Of a stretch of DNA of 64,000 nucleotides, positions 24,159-36,245 are shown piece after piece. The first letter of the stretch is position 1, and each line of letters begins with the position of its first letter. Source of the stretch: Takakia lepidozioides (lineage: Eukaryota; Plantae; Bryophyta). The stretch spans positions 11,966,001 to 12,030,000 of the forward strand of contig CM060731.1 in assembly GCA_030704615.1 (NCBI GenBank). Direction: 5' to 3'. The position numbers and the translations under genes were made by a program. The notes beneath the pieces are model-generated. The model saw only the letters and a list, made by a program, of their open reading frames with translations, was not told where the DNA came from and made no database searches.

Positions 24159-24921
24159 TGTCGCGGCCCTTTGCCTTGAGGGCAGGGGGGGTCGGGACAC
24201 AAAAAGGACTGCCCCTGTGGTTGGGGCAATGGCAACAATAGGTACGGGGGTTGAAGCACCCTTGAGTGCCCAAGGCACTCAAGGAGGCGGAGGCGCTCAC
24301 TAGGTGGAGCCCCACACACTGGGTTGTGGTGGGGGTGGTTCCACGAGGGGTGGGGGTAGTTTAGTGGGACTTAGTGGGGGTGGCATAGGACTCACCTTGG
24401 GGCGGAGACCTTGTGGTAGGAGTCGTGGGGAGTCTTGGGACTCATCACGGTCCAATGGGGCCATGGTGGGTGGGCCAAGACTCACCGCGACTCATCACCG
24501 GGAATCGAGGGTCTTCATGGTGGTTTGCCATAAAATGACTGGGTTGTTTGTGAAACCCCAGTGGACAGTCACAGAAGTATATATAGGGAGTAGTAACCCT
24601 GAGAACGGTGCAAGCCCGTTGGTGACCGAAAGCTAGTGAGTGAGCGTGCGAGCCGGAAAGCGACCAAGGTGTGGGGAGCTATTCCGGACTGCCATCTACC
24701 AAAGGGAATTTCCACTAGGCCCAAAGTGGTGGAGGGTCTTTTGGAGGAGCAAGCTGCGTCTTACATCAGCGAAGCGGCAGACTAGAATATGCATTAGCTT
24801 CCTTATTGGTGAGCAGCCGAAGCTCCAAGTTGGCCCGGCGGCCAGTTTGGGAGTTAGGCGCGCGCATCAAAGCGAGTAACTATGACTTGAAGGGGAGCTT
24901 ACCGAAGTGAGGTGCGCGACA
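24159..24921 (+). repeat. 5' LTR (763 bp)
   Basis: Colinear with 30778-31058 plus 33031-33476; TG..CA ends. Confidence 0.95.
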
Positions 24922-27090
24922 CTTGGTATTAGAGCCTAGAGTTCAGTACGCGATCGTCCTTGAGATCGGCCTCATCATGGGGTGGGGCAAGACAAAGCGA
25001 AAGCGGAACGGCCCAAAAGATGATGATCCTGGTGAGCCCGGTAGGGGCGACGTGTCACTGAAGCGGCAATTGGAAGAGGCGATTCTGAAAGCGAGGCCGC
25101 TAAAGAACGGGAGGTATTTTGGGAGTCGGAGCCCGAGGACTTCCCAGAGGCTCCGCCAGACCCACAGATGTCTCTCATGCCAGCAGCCTTTTGGGAAGGG
25201 TTGTTGGCGCAGTTTGGCAGGACATTGAAAGACGTGTTGAGGGTGGCTAATGCCACTTCCATTAAGGCTAAGTTTAAGCTGAAGCCTAAGAAACCCGACA
25301 CCTTCAAGGGCGTCCGAAAACGGAAGGCACTCAACACCTGGCTTTTAGAGCTAGAGCAGTACTTCTGGGCTAGGCAACTCCTCTTGTGAGTTGTATCAGG
25401 AGACTCGCGCCTTGCGTAAAGGAAGTCAATTAATGTTCGTGAGTGGGATAATTTCCGGAACTAACGTATCGTTGTTGGTGGACACATAAGCGTCGCACTC
25501 TTTCATGACACCGGCAACGGCACGGAAGCTGGGGCTCCCGACAAGTGATGTGCCTCTATTGAGGTACGTTCTGCCAAAGAAAAACCACAATTTGCGACGA
25601 GGTTGGCGTTCGATGTTCCTCTTCAACTCGGGGGTTGGGAGGGACGTGAGAACTTCACCATTTGGGAGATCGATGGAGTGGATCTCATTTTGGGGATGAC
25701 ATTTTTGAGCAAATCCGGAGCGGTCATAGATGGCCGCAAGAGAATAGTCACGCTACCGTGTGGGAATGCTGGCGAAGTTTTTTGGGTATTGGAAACGCCC
25801 AACCGAGAGGGATGGCGAATAAAACTGCTGTCAGCAAAGGAGTGGCTGTGGGAGGCCACACGAGTCCCAGTTTTTGCTTTACGTTAGACAAGTGGAAAGA
25901 GAAGTCGATAGGAAGCTGAGCCCAGATTGGATCAAGGGGATCTTGGAGAGATACCAGGATGTGATGCCAGAGGATTTACCAAGCGGCTTGCCACGAAAGA
26001 GTTGACCACAAGATAGAGGTAATACCGGGATCTGAGCCGCCTGCCAAGGCGCCCTACCGGTTGAGCCACAGAGAGTTGGTCGAGCTGAAGTAAATCCGGC
26101 CGAGTAAATCACCCTACGGAGCCCCGGTGCTATTCGCAGCCAAGAAGGATGGGACGTTGCGGATGAATGTCGATTACAGGGCTCTGAATAAGTTGACTAT
26201 AAAAAACCGGTACCCTTTGCCAAGGATCGACGACCTCTTCAATCGGTTGGCAGGAGCAAAGTATTTTAGCCGGATCGATTTGCGCTCGGGTTACCATCAA
26301 ATTCGAGTGGCGGAAGGAGATGAGGAGGAGACCGCGTGCAGGACAAGATATGGTTCATATGTGATCTTGGTGATGCCTTTTGGGCTCACCAACGCACCCG
26401 CGACTATTAGCACGCTAATAAATAGCCTTTTCCAGGAGTGGTTGGATGACTTTGTGATCGTATACATCGACGACATCTTGGTGTACTCAAAAACAAAGGA
26501 AGAGCACCTGGAGCACCTCAAAAAGGTGTTCCAGAAATTGCGGGAAGAGAAGCTGTATGCCAAAGCTTCAAAGTGCAAATTTGGGGTCACGAAAGTGGAG
26601 TTCCTAGGGCATGTGATTACATAGGATGTGATCAAAATGGATGACAGAAAGGTGAGGGCGATCTTGGACTGGGAGCCTCCGACTTCGGTCCCGGGAGTGC
26701 GATCCTTCCTAGAACTCGTCTCCTATTACCGAAAGTATGTGAGAAATTTTGCCAATATCGCGGAGCCGCTGTCAGACCTTATGTGTAAGTCCAAGGTATG
26801 GGTATGGAACACCTTTTGTGGTCAAGCTTTTGCCGAATTGAAGCAGCAGATGGCGGAAGCTCCAGTCCTGAAAATTCCGGAGTTCGACCGTCCATTTGAG
26901 ATTCATACAGATGCGTCGGACTTCGCAATTGGGGGTGTGCTCATGCAGGATGGACGTCCAGTGGCTTACGAAAATAAGAAACTAAATGAAGTGGAGCAAC
27001 GGTGGCCTACACACGAGAAAAAAATGAACGCGGTGGTGCATTGCCTTGAGCTTTGGCGCCACTATGTTGGTTCCAACCCGGTGAAGGTGC

Positions 27091-28235
27091 AATTCATTTC
27101 AGATTTATCCCTTCAGTTCTATTATACTCCTTTGTCACACTTGGCACCCTGTTCTAGGCTTCTATGATTCTTAACAGGTCTGTCACTTTTTCTCTGAGTC
27201 GGGCTCCCTCCCTACTCGGGTGATTACCTGCCTTCGTGTTTAGTCCAGAGTCCATTGTCTCATGTTTACTGATCGTCTGGTATCTCCTACACAGTCCCGT
27301 GTGTTAAGGCCTCATGGCAGCCTTCGGGCTTGTAAGAGTTTAATTTTTTCCCTTCAATAACTCTTAATAAAATTCTCAGGGCAGGGAGGTGTATTGAATG
27401 CAGGTTTTATCTGGGGAAATTATAACATGAACTTACATCTTATTGACAGTGTTGCATGTTTTGAGGAGCCATTAAAAAAACTCATAAATTTTGCTCACTA
27501 TCTTATATTGTTTCAAAAGAGAACTGGAACCATGGCACTGGCCTCACTTCTGCCTTCATGGCTTTCCATGAGGTTATTTTTTCCTATATAGGGCCCACCC
27601 CCGAGAGGGGGCAGTAGCCGTGAGAGTGGCTGGCTCTAGTTACGCCGGCTTTGGCCGGAGTTTTCTTTTTTTCTTTTTTTCTTTTTTTAATTTTACTTCA
27701 AAGGGAAGGAAGCCCTGTAATTCATATGTAAGGAGATGTCCTGGAAAAAATAACCGGGACAGAAGGCCATAAGGCTTACATCTTAGAAGATTGGGTGCAA
27801 CCCAGAACCTCCTACAAGGCGAACATAGAGCTTGAAGCTATTCTAAATATCTCTAAATGAGCAAGAAAGCCATTGCTATGAGGGAATGACTTGCCAAAAA
27901 CTAAGAGCTCAAATATCCTAATTAGAGAAGCCATTGGTGCAGCATATCAGAATACCGACCAGAGCCTAATTCAAGCAGAAAACATGCTAATGGCATCGCC
28001 ATGCAACCTTGAGAAGCAACTTGAAAGCAGAAGAACTTACCAGCGGCAGGCCCAAGCCAGAGTCTAACTAGAGCCGAATTACTAGAGCCGAACTAATCAT
28101 TCAAGATTGCTGAATATATCAGTCGAAGATCAACCCACGAGCAAAATAGAACAAACAAGCTGAATACCCCAGTTGCTGCCATGAACTGCACATGCAGAGA
28201 GCAAGGCACACGAGAAAGGCTTCATAACAAAAAAG
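27091..28235. mobile_element. ~1.15-kb composite insertion interrupting the chromovirus RNase H
   Basis: RHYVGSNPVKV at 27060-27090 resumes as TDNVTVKYLATQPKL at ~28238. The insert contains structured motif copy B and an inverted poly(A)-tailed repeat. Confidence 0.85.
27589..27660 (+). repeat. Structured ~75-nt dispersed motif, copy B
   Basis: tagggcc-ca-ccccc GAGA ggggg-cagt-agccg tgagag tggct-ggctcta-gttacg-ccggc TTTG gccgg. Confidence 0.7.
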
Positions 28236-31058
28236 ACACGGACAATGTCACGGTGAAGTATTTAGCCACGCAGCCTAAGTTGTCCCCAAAACAACTTAGG
28301 TGGCAAGACACTTTGGCAGTGTTCGACGTGGATATCCAGTACAAACCGGGACGGGACAATGTGGTGGCCGATGCTTTAAGTAGAAAGCAGCAGCTCATGT
28401 TGGTGTACAGGGGCCAGACGGCGCTCCAAAGGAAGATCCGGAAGGCTTACTGAAATGATGAAATGACGAAGTCCGTGATGCAGGACTTGAGGTTGGGGGT
28501 TAAATCGCAGTTTCACTTGCACAATGGACTGCTCCGGTACAAGCAAAAGCGTCTCTACGTACCGAAGGGAGGGATCAGAGATAGTCTCTTGAGAGAATGT
28601 CACAATGGCCCACTTACGGGCCACGGTGGAGCCAAGCGCACCGCGACACTCTTGAAGAAAGAGTATTTCTGACCCAAACTGAGGGAGGAGGCCGAGGAGT
28701 ATGTCAAGACATACACAACATGCCAACAAAACCGGAGTGAGTACAAAAAGCGGGGCTGTTACAACCCTTGCCGATTCCAGAGGGGTCTTTGGAAAGTGTC
28801 TCAATGGATTTCATGACTGCTATGCCGATGTCAAAAAGATTCGATGCAATCATGGTGGTGGTGGATAGGTTTAATAAAATGGGCCATTTTATTCCCACCA
28901 AGGAGACGACAACGGCGCAGGAGACGGGGTGACTTTACTTCACCCACGTCTTCAAGCATCATGGACTTCCGAAGGATATTGTCTCGGACTGCGATCCAAA
29001 GTTTACAAATAAATTTTGGAGGGCACTTTGGAAGAAAATGGGGACGGAGCTCAAGTTGAGCACCGCCTTCCGACCTGCGACGGACAGCCAAACAGAAAGA
29101 GTGAATTCCGTGGTGAAGCAGACATTGCGAAATTATGTGTCGGCAGACCAATCAGACTGGGTGGAACACTTGGATGCGGCAGAGATCTGTTATAATAACA
29201 CAAAACACTCCGCAACGGGGGTTTCCCTTTTCGTATTGGTCTATGGAAAAACACCTCTGGTGCCGACAAGTTGGGCCGCCTAGGACGTTGAGGAACCGGT
29301 AGCAGCAGTGGTGCTGGAAGAACGCGAGCGTTTGTTGGCGCTCGCAAAGTACAACATTGCCAAAGCTTGGAAACGGTATGAACGGCAGGCGAATCGGAAG
29401 CGGAGGGAAGTTAAGTTTGAGGCAGGCATGGAGGTCTGGTTGAACATCAAGAATTTTCGACTACCTCCGGAAGTGAGTTCGAAGTTCGTACCTCCATATG
29501 CGGGGCCCTTTCGCATCCGGAAGGTTATGAATGAGGATGCGTATGAATTGGAGCTGCCGGCAAACAACAAGGTGCATCCGGTATTCCACGTCTCCCTTTT
29601 GAAGCCTTATTTCAAAGATGAAGCGCGTCCGAATCGGCATCAAATGTTGCGTCCGCCACCTGTGCTGTTGGATCATGAAAATGAACCTGAGTACGAGGTG
29701 GAGGCAGTGCTTAAGTCGAGGAGGTTCAAGAATCGAGAAACGGAGTATCTCGTAAAATGGAAAGGCTATCATCAAGTGGAGGCAACTTGGGGGTGCGTAC
29801 CTCAGAAATGAGAAACGCATCCGAGGCGGTTGCAGCTTTCGAAGGGTGACCTCAAAAGCAGAAGAAGCGTTGATGGGGACATCAACCTTGGATCGTGGGG
29901 GAGGAAATGCATGCTTAGCCCGGCTTAACTAGCTTAGGAATTCGATTGCAAAAACTTGTGTTGTACAGATTTTGTTATAAATGAAATGGTTTCCAAATGT
30001 TGTGCTTCCTATTTTGTTTGGAATGGTGATGCATGGTATGGTTGGCTAGTGTGTAAAATGCATGCTAGCTTACAAAAGTGGGAGAGGTAAATTGGATTAA
30101 TCGTGTGTTTGCGCAGTGCCGGAATCGGCTGACTCCCATCCAAGAGGCAATGAAACTTGCACCTTCTTTGGGAGTTCACGTGCTAGTGCGCACCTGGCGC
30201 GTGCGCGTACTATAATTGCGCTATCGAGGGGGTTGTCTTGTAGTGCGGATTAACGCGGAAGCTACGTGCTTCCGTTCACGTACTATAATCGTGTAACCTC
30301 GGGACGAAGTCGTAGTGCGGCTTCGGCGTGTTCCCGTACCTCAGGCCAGCATTCTAAGGCGGACCCAATTGTAGTGATTGAGGCGCACGGTTGGTTCAAG
30401 GTTATCTTCCTAGTAAAAAAGGGTTCAAGGTGAACCCTTGCTCAAGGTGATGCCAAAAGCAGCATCATGAGCGGTCACAAGCAATGTTGTTGCAGTAAGG
30501 CGATTCGATCCTCGGGGAGGATCGTTCCTTGGCCTTGAAGTGAGCCAAGAAGAGTGCACTGGGAGGAGCTTGAGAGGCTCCACTCTTAGCCGGGACTTGG
30601 AGGAAGTCGCCCGAACTAGGTAGTAGAGAGTTGAGTCAAGTGGGGGTTTGGTTCTTTGCCATAGGACGCCATGGTACGGAAACAAACTCCTTGATGTGGG
30701 ACGCCACAACTTGGATATTAGTTTCCACAAAATGGACAAGTCAATGAGGACATCGACTCCCTGTTGGTAGGGGTGTGTGTCGCGGCCCTTTGCCTTGAGG
30801 GCAGGGGGGGTCGGGACACAAGAGGGGTTGCCCCTATGGTTGGGGCAGTGGCAACAATAGGTAGGGGGGATGAAGCACCCTTGAGTGCCCAAGGCACTCA
30901 AGGAGGCGGAGGCGCTCACTAAGTGGAGCCCCGCACACCGGGTTGCGGTGGGGGTGGTTCCACGAGGGGTGGTGGTAGCTTAATGGGACTTAGTGGGGGT
31001 GGCATAGGACTCACCATGGGGCAGAGACCTTGTGGTGGGAGTCGTGGGGAGTCTTGGG

Positions 31059-33022
31059 CCTGGGGGGTGCACTCCTCATTAAATGTACCAGCCACGTGCG
31101 TGCACAAGAGGGGGTATTTTAAACCCCCCCATGTACAACATTATACATACAGAGGGGGGTCTAAAACACCTTAAATATAATTTTACAGGAGGGGGTTGTT
31201 GTATTTCAAGGGGTAGTGTAGTGGTAAGAAAGACGTTTTGGCCGCGATGCACCGCGGGATCAAATCGCGGGATCATCTCTTTGTTTGTTTTTGTTTTTGT
31301 TTGTTTTTTTCTCTCCGCGATCTTTCTCCCCTTCCCTCCCGCCGCTTTCTCTTTTCCCTCTCCTCCTCTCATCTCCTCTCCACTCCTCTCCCGCGTTCGC
31401 CTTCCCTTCCGCGGGCTTTCTCTTTTCCCTCCTCTCCTCTCCCCTCCTCTCCACAGGGCATGGTATTCTTCCTGATGTTTACAAGGTTTAGGGGAGAGTT
31501 TAGGGAAGCGATCCTTTTGGGTTGATGGGAGGGCAAATCCTCCATGGGTCATGACACAAGGTCAAGGACAATATGGTGAGGGCACCTTCTTCTTCGACCT
31601 ATTTCAGCCTGTCTTGCCCTCTCAACAGAGTCGGCCCTGAATTTGCAGCATTGAGCAGACCTGGCATGAGGGACAACTGCAATTGCAAGGTGTGGCGTTT
31701 TCTTAAGGTACGATGTGAAGATTTTTTTCTGTCTGGAATATTGATGGAGAACCGAATCTTGGTTGTGTAAAACTCATCAGGGTTGCAGCTCATGTGGGAC
31801 GGACACAGAGAGGAAGCCTCTTTCACAAACTCCTGAGAGATGAAGGCTCCAGGTGAAAGCTCTCCCAACAATCGTGCACACTGAGCATTGACAGACTCTT
31901 TGGGCATGCATGCAGGTGCAACCCTGGGCCGATGGGGTAATTGCAGGGCCCAGTTCACAACTGAAAGATTTCGACCTGATGAATGAGGGGCTGGATTTTT
32001 ATCAAAACTGATTGAGCGGTGCATTAAGGGCCAGCCAGGGTGCAAGCATTCCTCTGCGAAGGGGTGAAGCCCGCACTTTGCATTGCATGATGTTGAGGAA
32101 GAGCTTAAAGAATCGTCTCTTTGCCACCACAATGAGAAGTTGGCCATTTTTTTTGGGCTTATCAACACACCCTCTGGGATGTCTTTAGGGATCATCGAGA
32201 ATCTTCGGATGTGTGGTGATTGCCACACAGCCACCAAATTCATCTCAAAGATAGCTAAGCAAGAGATTGTTGTACGGGATGCAAACCGCTTTCACCACTT
32301 CCAAAATGGTGTTTGTTCTTGTGGGGATTATTGGTGAAATGAAATGCTTGTCAACTAATTGAATGTATTGAACTCTGTCAACTGCGAGTCAAGTTGGACT
32401 CCAACAGTGGCAGCAAAGGCGCACGAAATCTCTTTTTGGAGAGGAATTCTCAATAGTAGGTTTTGAACATAATTGGACCTTGCGAAGGTTGAAACTGTAG
32501 AACAAGTTTAGAAACTGTCCTAGTTGATGAACAGAGGTGCAGTGACTAGGTGTCTTCAACAGGGTCACTCTCTGATGAAATACCCAGGATTGCATATCAG
32601 AAAATAGAAACTTTCTTCAGGCCTCTTGCACATAGGGCATTGACAATGTCCCTTTCATCTCGGCATCTGATTATTGTTCAAAGTGAGATTCCACAACAAG
32701 TTTTATCGAGGGCAAACATTTTTTTAATTAATTTATTATATTTTATTATATTTTTAAATGAATAAACTTGATATAATATTAAAACGTACATATACATATT
32801 TGAAGGTATTTTTTAATTATTGAAAAGGGAAATATACATACAAAAGGGTTTTTTTTTAAAAAATTACAAATTTCTATATATTTACAGGAGGGGGTTTTAT
32901 AATCTTCAAAAAGTATGTACAGAGGGGGTATAAATGATCCAAGGACCCGTATACAGGGGGTTTTTTTATTAGGCGGCGAACGCACGTGATACGGACATTT
33001 TATAAAGAGTGCACCCCCCAGG
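31059..33022. mobile_element. Non-autonomous TIR DNA transposon (Pack-type) carrying a captured gene fragment
   Basis: Perfect 16-bp TIR CCTGGGGGGTGCACTC / GAGTGCACCCCCCAGG, imperfect to ~45 bp. 8-bp TSD GTCTTGGG at 31051-31058 and 33023-33030, single-copy in the 5' LTR. ACAG(G)AGGGGG subterminal repeats at both ends. No transposase. Confidence 0.93.
32071..32337 (+). pseudogene. Captured DYW cytidine-deaminase domain fragment (no ATG, PPRs or PG box)
   Basis: [88 protein letters not shown]. HxE and CxxC are intact; in-frame TGA upstream at 32065-32067. Confidence 0.92.
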
Positions 33023-35103
33023 GTCTTGGGACTCATCACGGTCCAATGGGGCCGTGGTGGGTGGGCCAAGACTCACCGCGACTCATCACCGGGAATCGAG
33101 GGTCTTCATGGTGGTTCGCCATAAAATGACTGGGTTATTTGTGAAACCCCCGCAGACAGTCACAGAAGTATATATAGGGAGTAGTACCTCCGAGAACGGT
33201 GCAAGCCCGTTGGTGACCGAAAGCTAGTGAGTGAGCGTGCGAGCCGGAAAGCGACCAAGGTGTGGGGAGCTATTCCAGACTGCCATCTACCAAAAGGAAT
33301 TTCCACTAGGCCCAAAGTGGTGGAGGGTCTTTTGGAGGAGCAAATGGGGACCGTTATGTCCCGGTGAGCAGCCGAAGCTCCGAGTTGGCCCGGCGGCCAG
33401 TTTGGGAGTTAGGCGCGCGCATCAAAGCGAGTAACTATGACTTGAAGGGGAGCTTATCAAAGTGAGGTGCGCGACACCTATGGTTAACATGAGCCAGTCT
33501 TCGGTGCCAAACTGCTAACATCTGGGCACTCTCCTTCTTAGTCTCGACACCGAAAGATCTTGCAATGTTGGCTTGTTCGGGAGGTGGTGGGAGAACTTCA
33601 ATCTCCAACTGATACATCTTGTTCTTCATTAACGTGGCCATTGTGGATTAAGCTGCAACCGTCCTGCAGAGTGTAGATATCATTCTGAGCCGCTCTGTAG
33701 CAAGAAAACAAACTCCGCCCAATATCTACCCCAAACGCCCAAAAAATCAAATCGGTGAAAGCCCAGCGGAGACTTAAGAGGCTGTCCAAAACGATGTGGC
33801 AACCTGCATTCTATACCATGTGGTAAATGGCATGGCCCCCACTTGGGTGCCATGTGCCGTAATATGGGAACATACTTCTGGAATGTTCTAAAGTGCAGAA
33901 TGCTCTAGAGCGGGTTCCTGGAACGTACTTGCCTAGTTACAACTTAGCATTCTAGCACAAGCTACATACGAGGAGGACTGTACCAGAGCATAAGGGAGGC
34001 TATACCAGAGGCAAGGAGTGTACGTGAGGACCCTGTAGGCGAGCATGGAGGCAATGAAAGCAGAAGCAGAACCCTGCAAAAAGAGATGAAGGGGCTGCCC
34101 GAAAAAACTTCCACTGACGGAGAAAAGTCCATCAAAACTTTTTGAGGTCTCCTGTACTATAGGCATCGGAGGATCCGACGTGCAGCTTGACCTCTTATAA
34201 AAGCTTATCTAGGATGGGATCTTTGCCCACCGGCAGGACACATTGTCATGTGCAAAAAACTACGGCAGGTCCGCCTGCAAGTGAGATGGGTTGAAACGTC
34301 TGAAACCACCGTATGTGATCTGTCATGTGTTGGGTGCATCGGCTGTCTGCATATCAACGATCGCTCAAGAGCTGTGATGAGACCTCAAATGCCTTGTAAG
34401 AGCTAGTCTTCTTGCTAGCTGACGCTTCATCCTTCTTCCCAACGTTTTCTTTGCTGGGGTACGGGCATTCTCGCGGCCAAGCCTAGCTTCTTGCTGAAAC
34501 AACCTATGCGTAAGGTTTTCTAAGGTTTTGCATCGGGTGTGCATTCCTAAGCTCACATCACGCTATTATAGCCTGCTAGCAAGTTGCTCATAATCTTGTC
34601 TAATACAGCCTTGGAGGTAAATCTCATATCTCCTCTATTCGCCAACTGGCTTATGGTCATATCGATCTTTCCAAGAAAGGATGCGATACTATCACCCTCT
34701 TGTATTAACGGACACTTAAAGAATTTATGCTGCAAAGCATGGACACTCTCTTCGAGTCCTATTCCTAAATCACTTTGATCTTGTCCCAAATGGCATGAGA
34801 CATCTTGCAAGCAACCAGATAACCTAGATGCATCTTATGTAGGGCTTGACACAAAAGGCTAATGGCCCGACTGTCGCATTTGACCCAAACTATTTGATCA
34901 ACTCCAGCTTCAGCTGGTTTGACTTCGGTTCCATCGGCCACTGTCAAAAGATCCTTCCCCATAAACACTGGACGCATATGGAGTTTCCATAAATGGAAGT
35001 TTCCCCCCATCGAATCGGTCTATATTCCCCAAGTCCATATTCCCGGAGTCCGACATGGCTGACACCAGGCGGACGGAACAGTCCTTTAACAAAGGACGAC
35101 AAA

Positions 35104-35271
35104 TAATAATATAATAATATATATTTGACGCCTCCCGAAGGAAGCGTAACTTATGGTATCTCTTCACCCCGAAGGGTTATTGCCTTCCGCTAGGAAGATG
35201 GACACCTTTGTGACACCAAGGGTGGATTGAACCCACAACCACTTTTGAGGTGGTATGTGCCCATTACCACT
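35104..35271 (-). mobile_element. tRNA-derived SINE ending in structured motif copy C (35127-35207) and a (TTA)n-like tail
   Basis: Box A-like CCAGTGGTAA, box B-like GGGTTCAATCC, then ggtgtc..cttcc TAGC ggaag..accc TTCG gggt..gatacc..cgcttcc TTCG ggaggcg. Flanked by direct repeat GGACGACAAA at 35094-35103 and 35272-35281. Confidence 0.8.
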
Positions 35272-35469
35272 GGACGACAAAGACTACAGATGATACGGTT
35301 GTCCCCCTACCTAGAGGACGAAAAAAGGCTGCAAGCAGTACTCACGTAGCTATTGAGAAGCTGGTCAATGGGCCCATAACCTGAAGAACGCAATTCTTTA
35401 CGTGAACTCTCACGACTCACATACGACCAGCCATAGGCGAAAAAACTAGAAAGCACCAAAAGATGTGGG

Positions 35470-35592
35470 CTCGCTGATGATACGGTGTTGCTCTTAGATA
35501 ACAGCTCATATGCAAATATCAGCAGATCTCTTGATTCCTTATCAACATTCTGCAATGCCTCCGGTCTGAAAATTAATTGGGGCAAATTGGTT
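35470..35592 (+). mobile_element. L1-type LINE RT fragment
   Basis: ADDTVLLLDNSSYANISRSLDSLSTFCNASGLKINWGK, matching the xADD...SGLKINxxK motif. Confidence 0.7.
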
Positions 35593-36145
35593 GGTTTGCT
35601 CTCCCAACTTAAAATAAACTCGACGGCTTTCCACTGCCTTCTCCTACGCTGATTGATGAAGTAAAAGTCTGCAGCAAGAATTGCACACTCAGTTACAGGC
35701 ACTTCGATTTGATAATTCCTGGCGTTCGCCACTGGCAAGACCACACCTACAGAATCCCATCGTGGCCACACTCGTACAGGAAGAAGGTATGAGGTCAAGG
35801 GTAAGCGTGGAGAAGTGACAGATGTTGGCAGCTTCCCAATGAGCCCAACGTTGAGAGCAAACCACTAAATCCGTCGAATGTCTATGAAGTTCCCAAATAG
35901 AGGTTGTCTGAAAGCTTCTTCAGGCCCGATTGATGGAAAAAACCAGGGCAAAAATAAAACATATCGCCGAAACGGGGCTGGGCCCTGGCGAGCTAGTGCC
36001 AGAAAGCACTTGGGGAACCCACCCTTTTTGCATGGGAACGGAGGAGCATGGCGCCCTAAATCCAAGGTCTAGCACCCCATCGCACCACGGGTCAGCACAA
36101 TTTCGCCACCTACACCTATCTCCACCGTCCGATCTCCAGCCAGTA

Positions 36146-36245
36146 GCCATATTGCACATATATATATGTAGCCATATTGCAACCATGATATATAGTAACC
36201 ATATTGCCATATTGCAGATCGCCATATTGTACAATATATATAGCA
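36146..36245. repeat. CCATATTGC / (AT)n minisatellite
   Basis: Five CCATATTG units interspersed with AT runs. Confidence 0.6.

Larger units (their letters stand above)
24159..33476 (+). mobile_element. Ty3/gypsy chromovirus LTR retrotransposon with both LTRs, degenerate
   Basis: TGTCGCG...CGCGACA LTRs at 24159-24921 and 30778-33476 (interrupted). TSD CCTAT at 24154-24158 and 33477-33481. tRNA-iMet-type PBS tggtattagagc at 24924-24935. Truncated gag, protease LVDT*ASHSF, RT YIDD (26127-26624), RNase H TDAS, integrase, and chromodomain EYEVEAV..YLVKWKGY..ATW (~29690-29790). Confidence 0.97.
30778..33476 (+). repeat. 3' LTR, split by a TIR element at 31059-33022
   Basis: 30778-31058 matches 24159-24439; 33031-33476 matches 24440-24921. 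Confidence 0.95.
23937..35057 (-). mobile_element. Degenerate Ty1/copia relic (gag 34370-35057; pre-integrase/integrase 33482-33640 and 23937-24153), split by the chromovirus
   Basis: Gag MSDSGNMDLGNIDRFDGGNFHLWK...AIWDKIK. WHRRLAHVN lies on the right flank and continues as CVGC..K.HRSPF..VHTDLCG.M..SVGGARYF on the left flank of the CCTAT TSD. Confidence 0.85.

Noticed and set aside
24304-24879. ORFs repeated at 30923-31174 and 33009-33434
   Set aside because: They are incidental frames within the two LTRs.
31599-32243. 214-aa minus-strand ORF
   Set aside because: Partly the antisense shadow of the DYW fragment; no recognisable domain.
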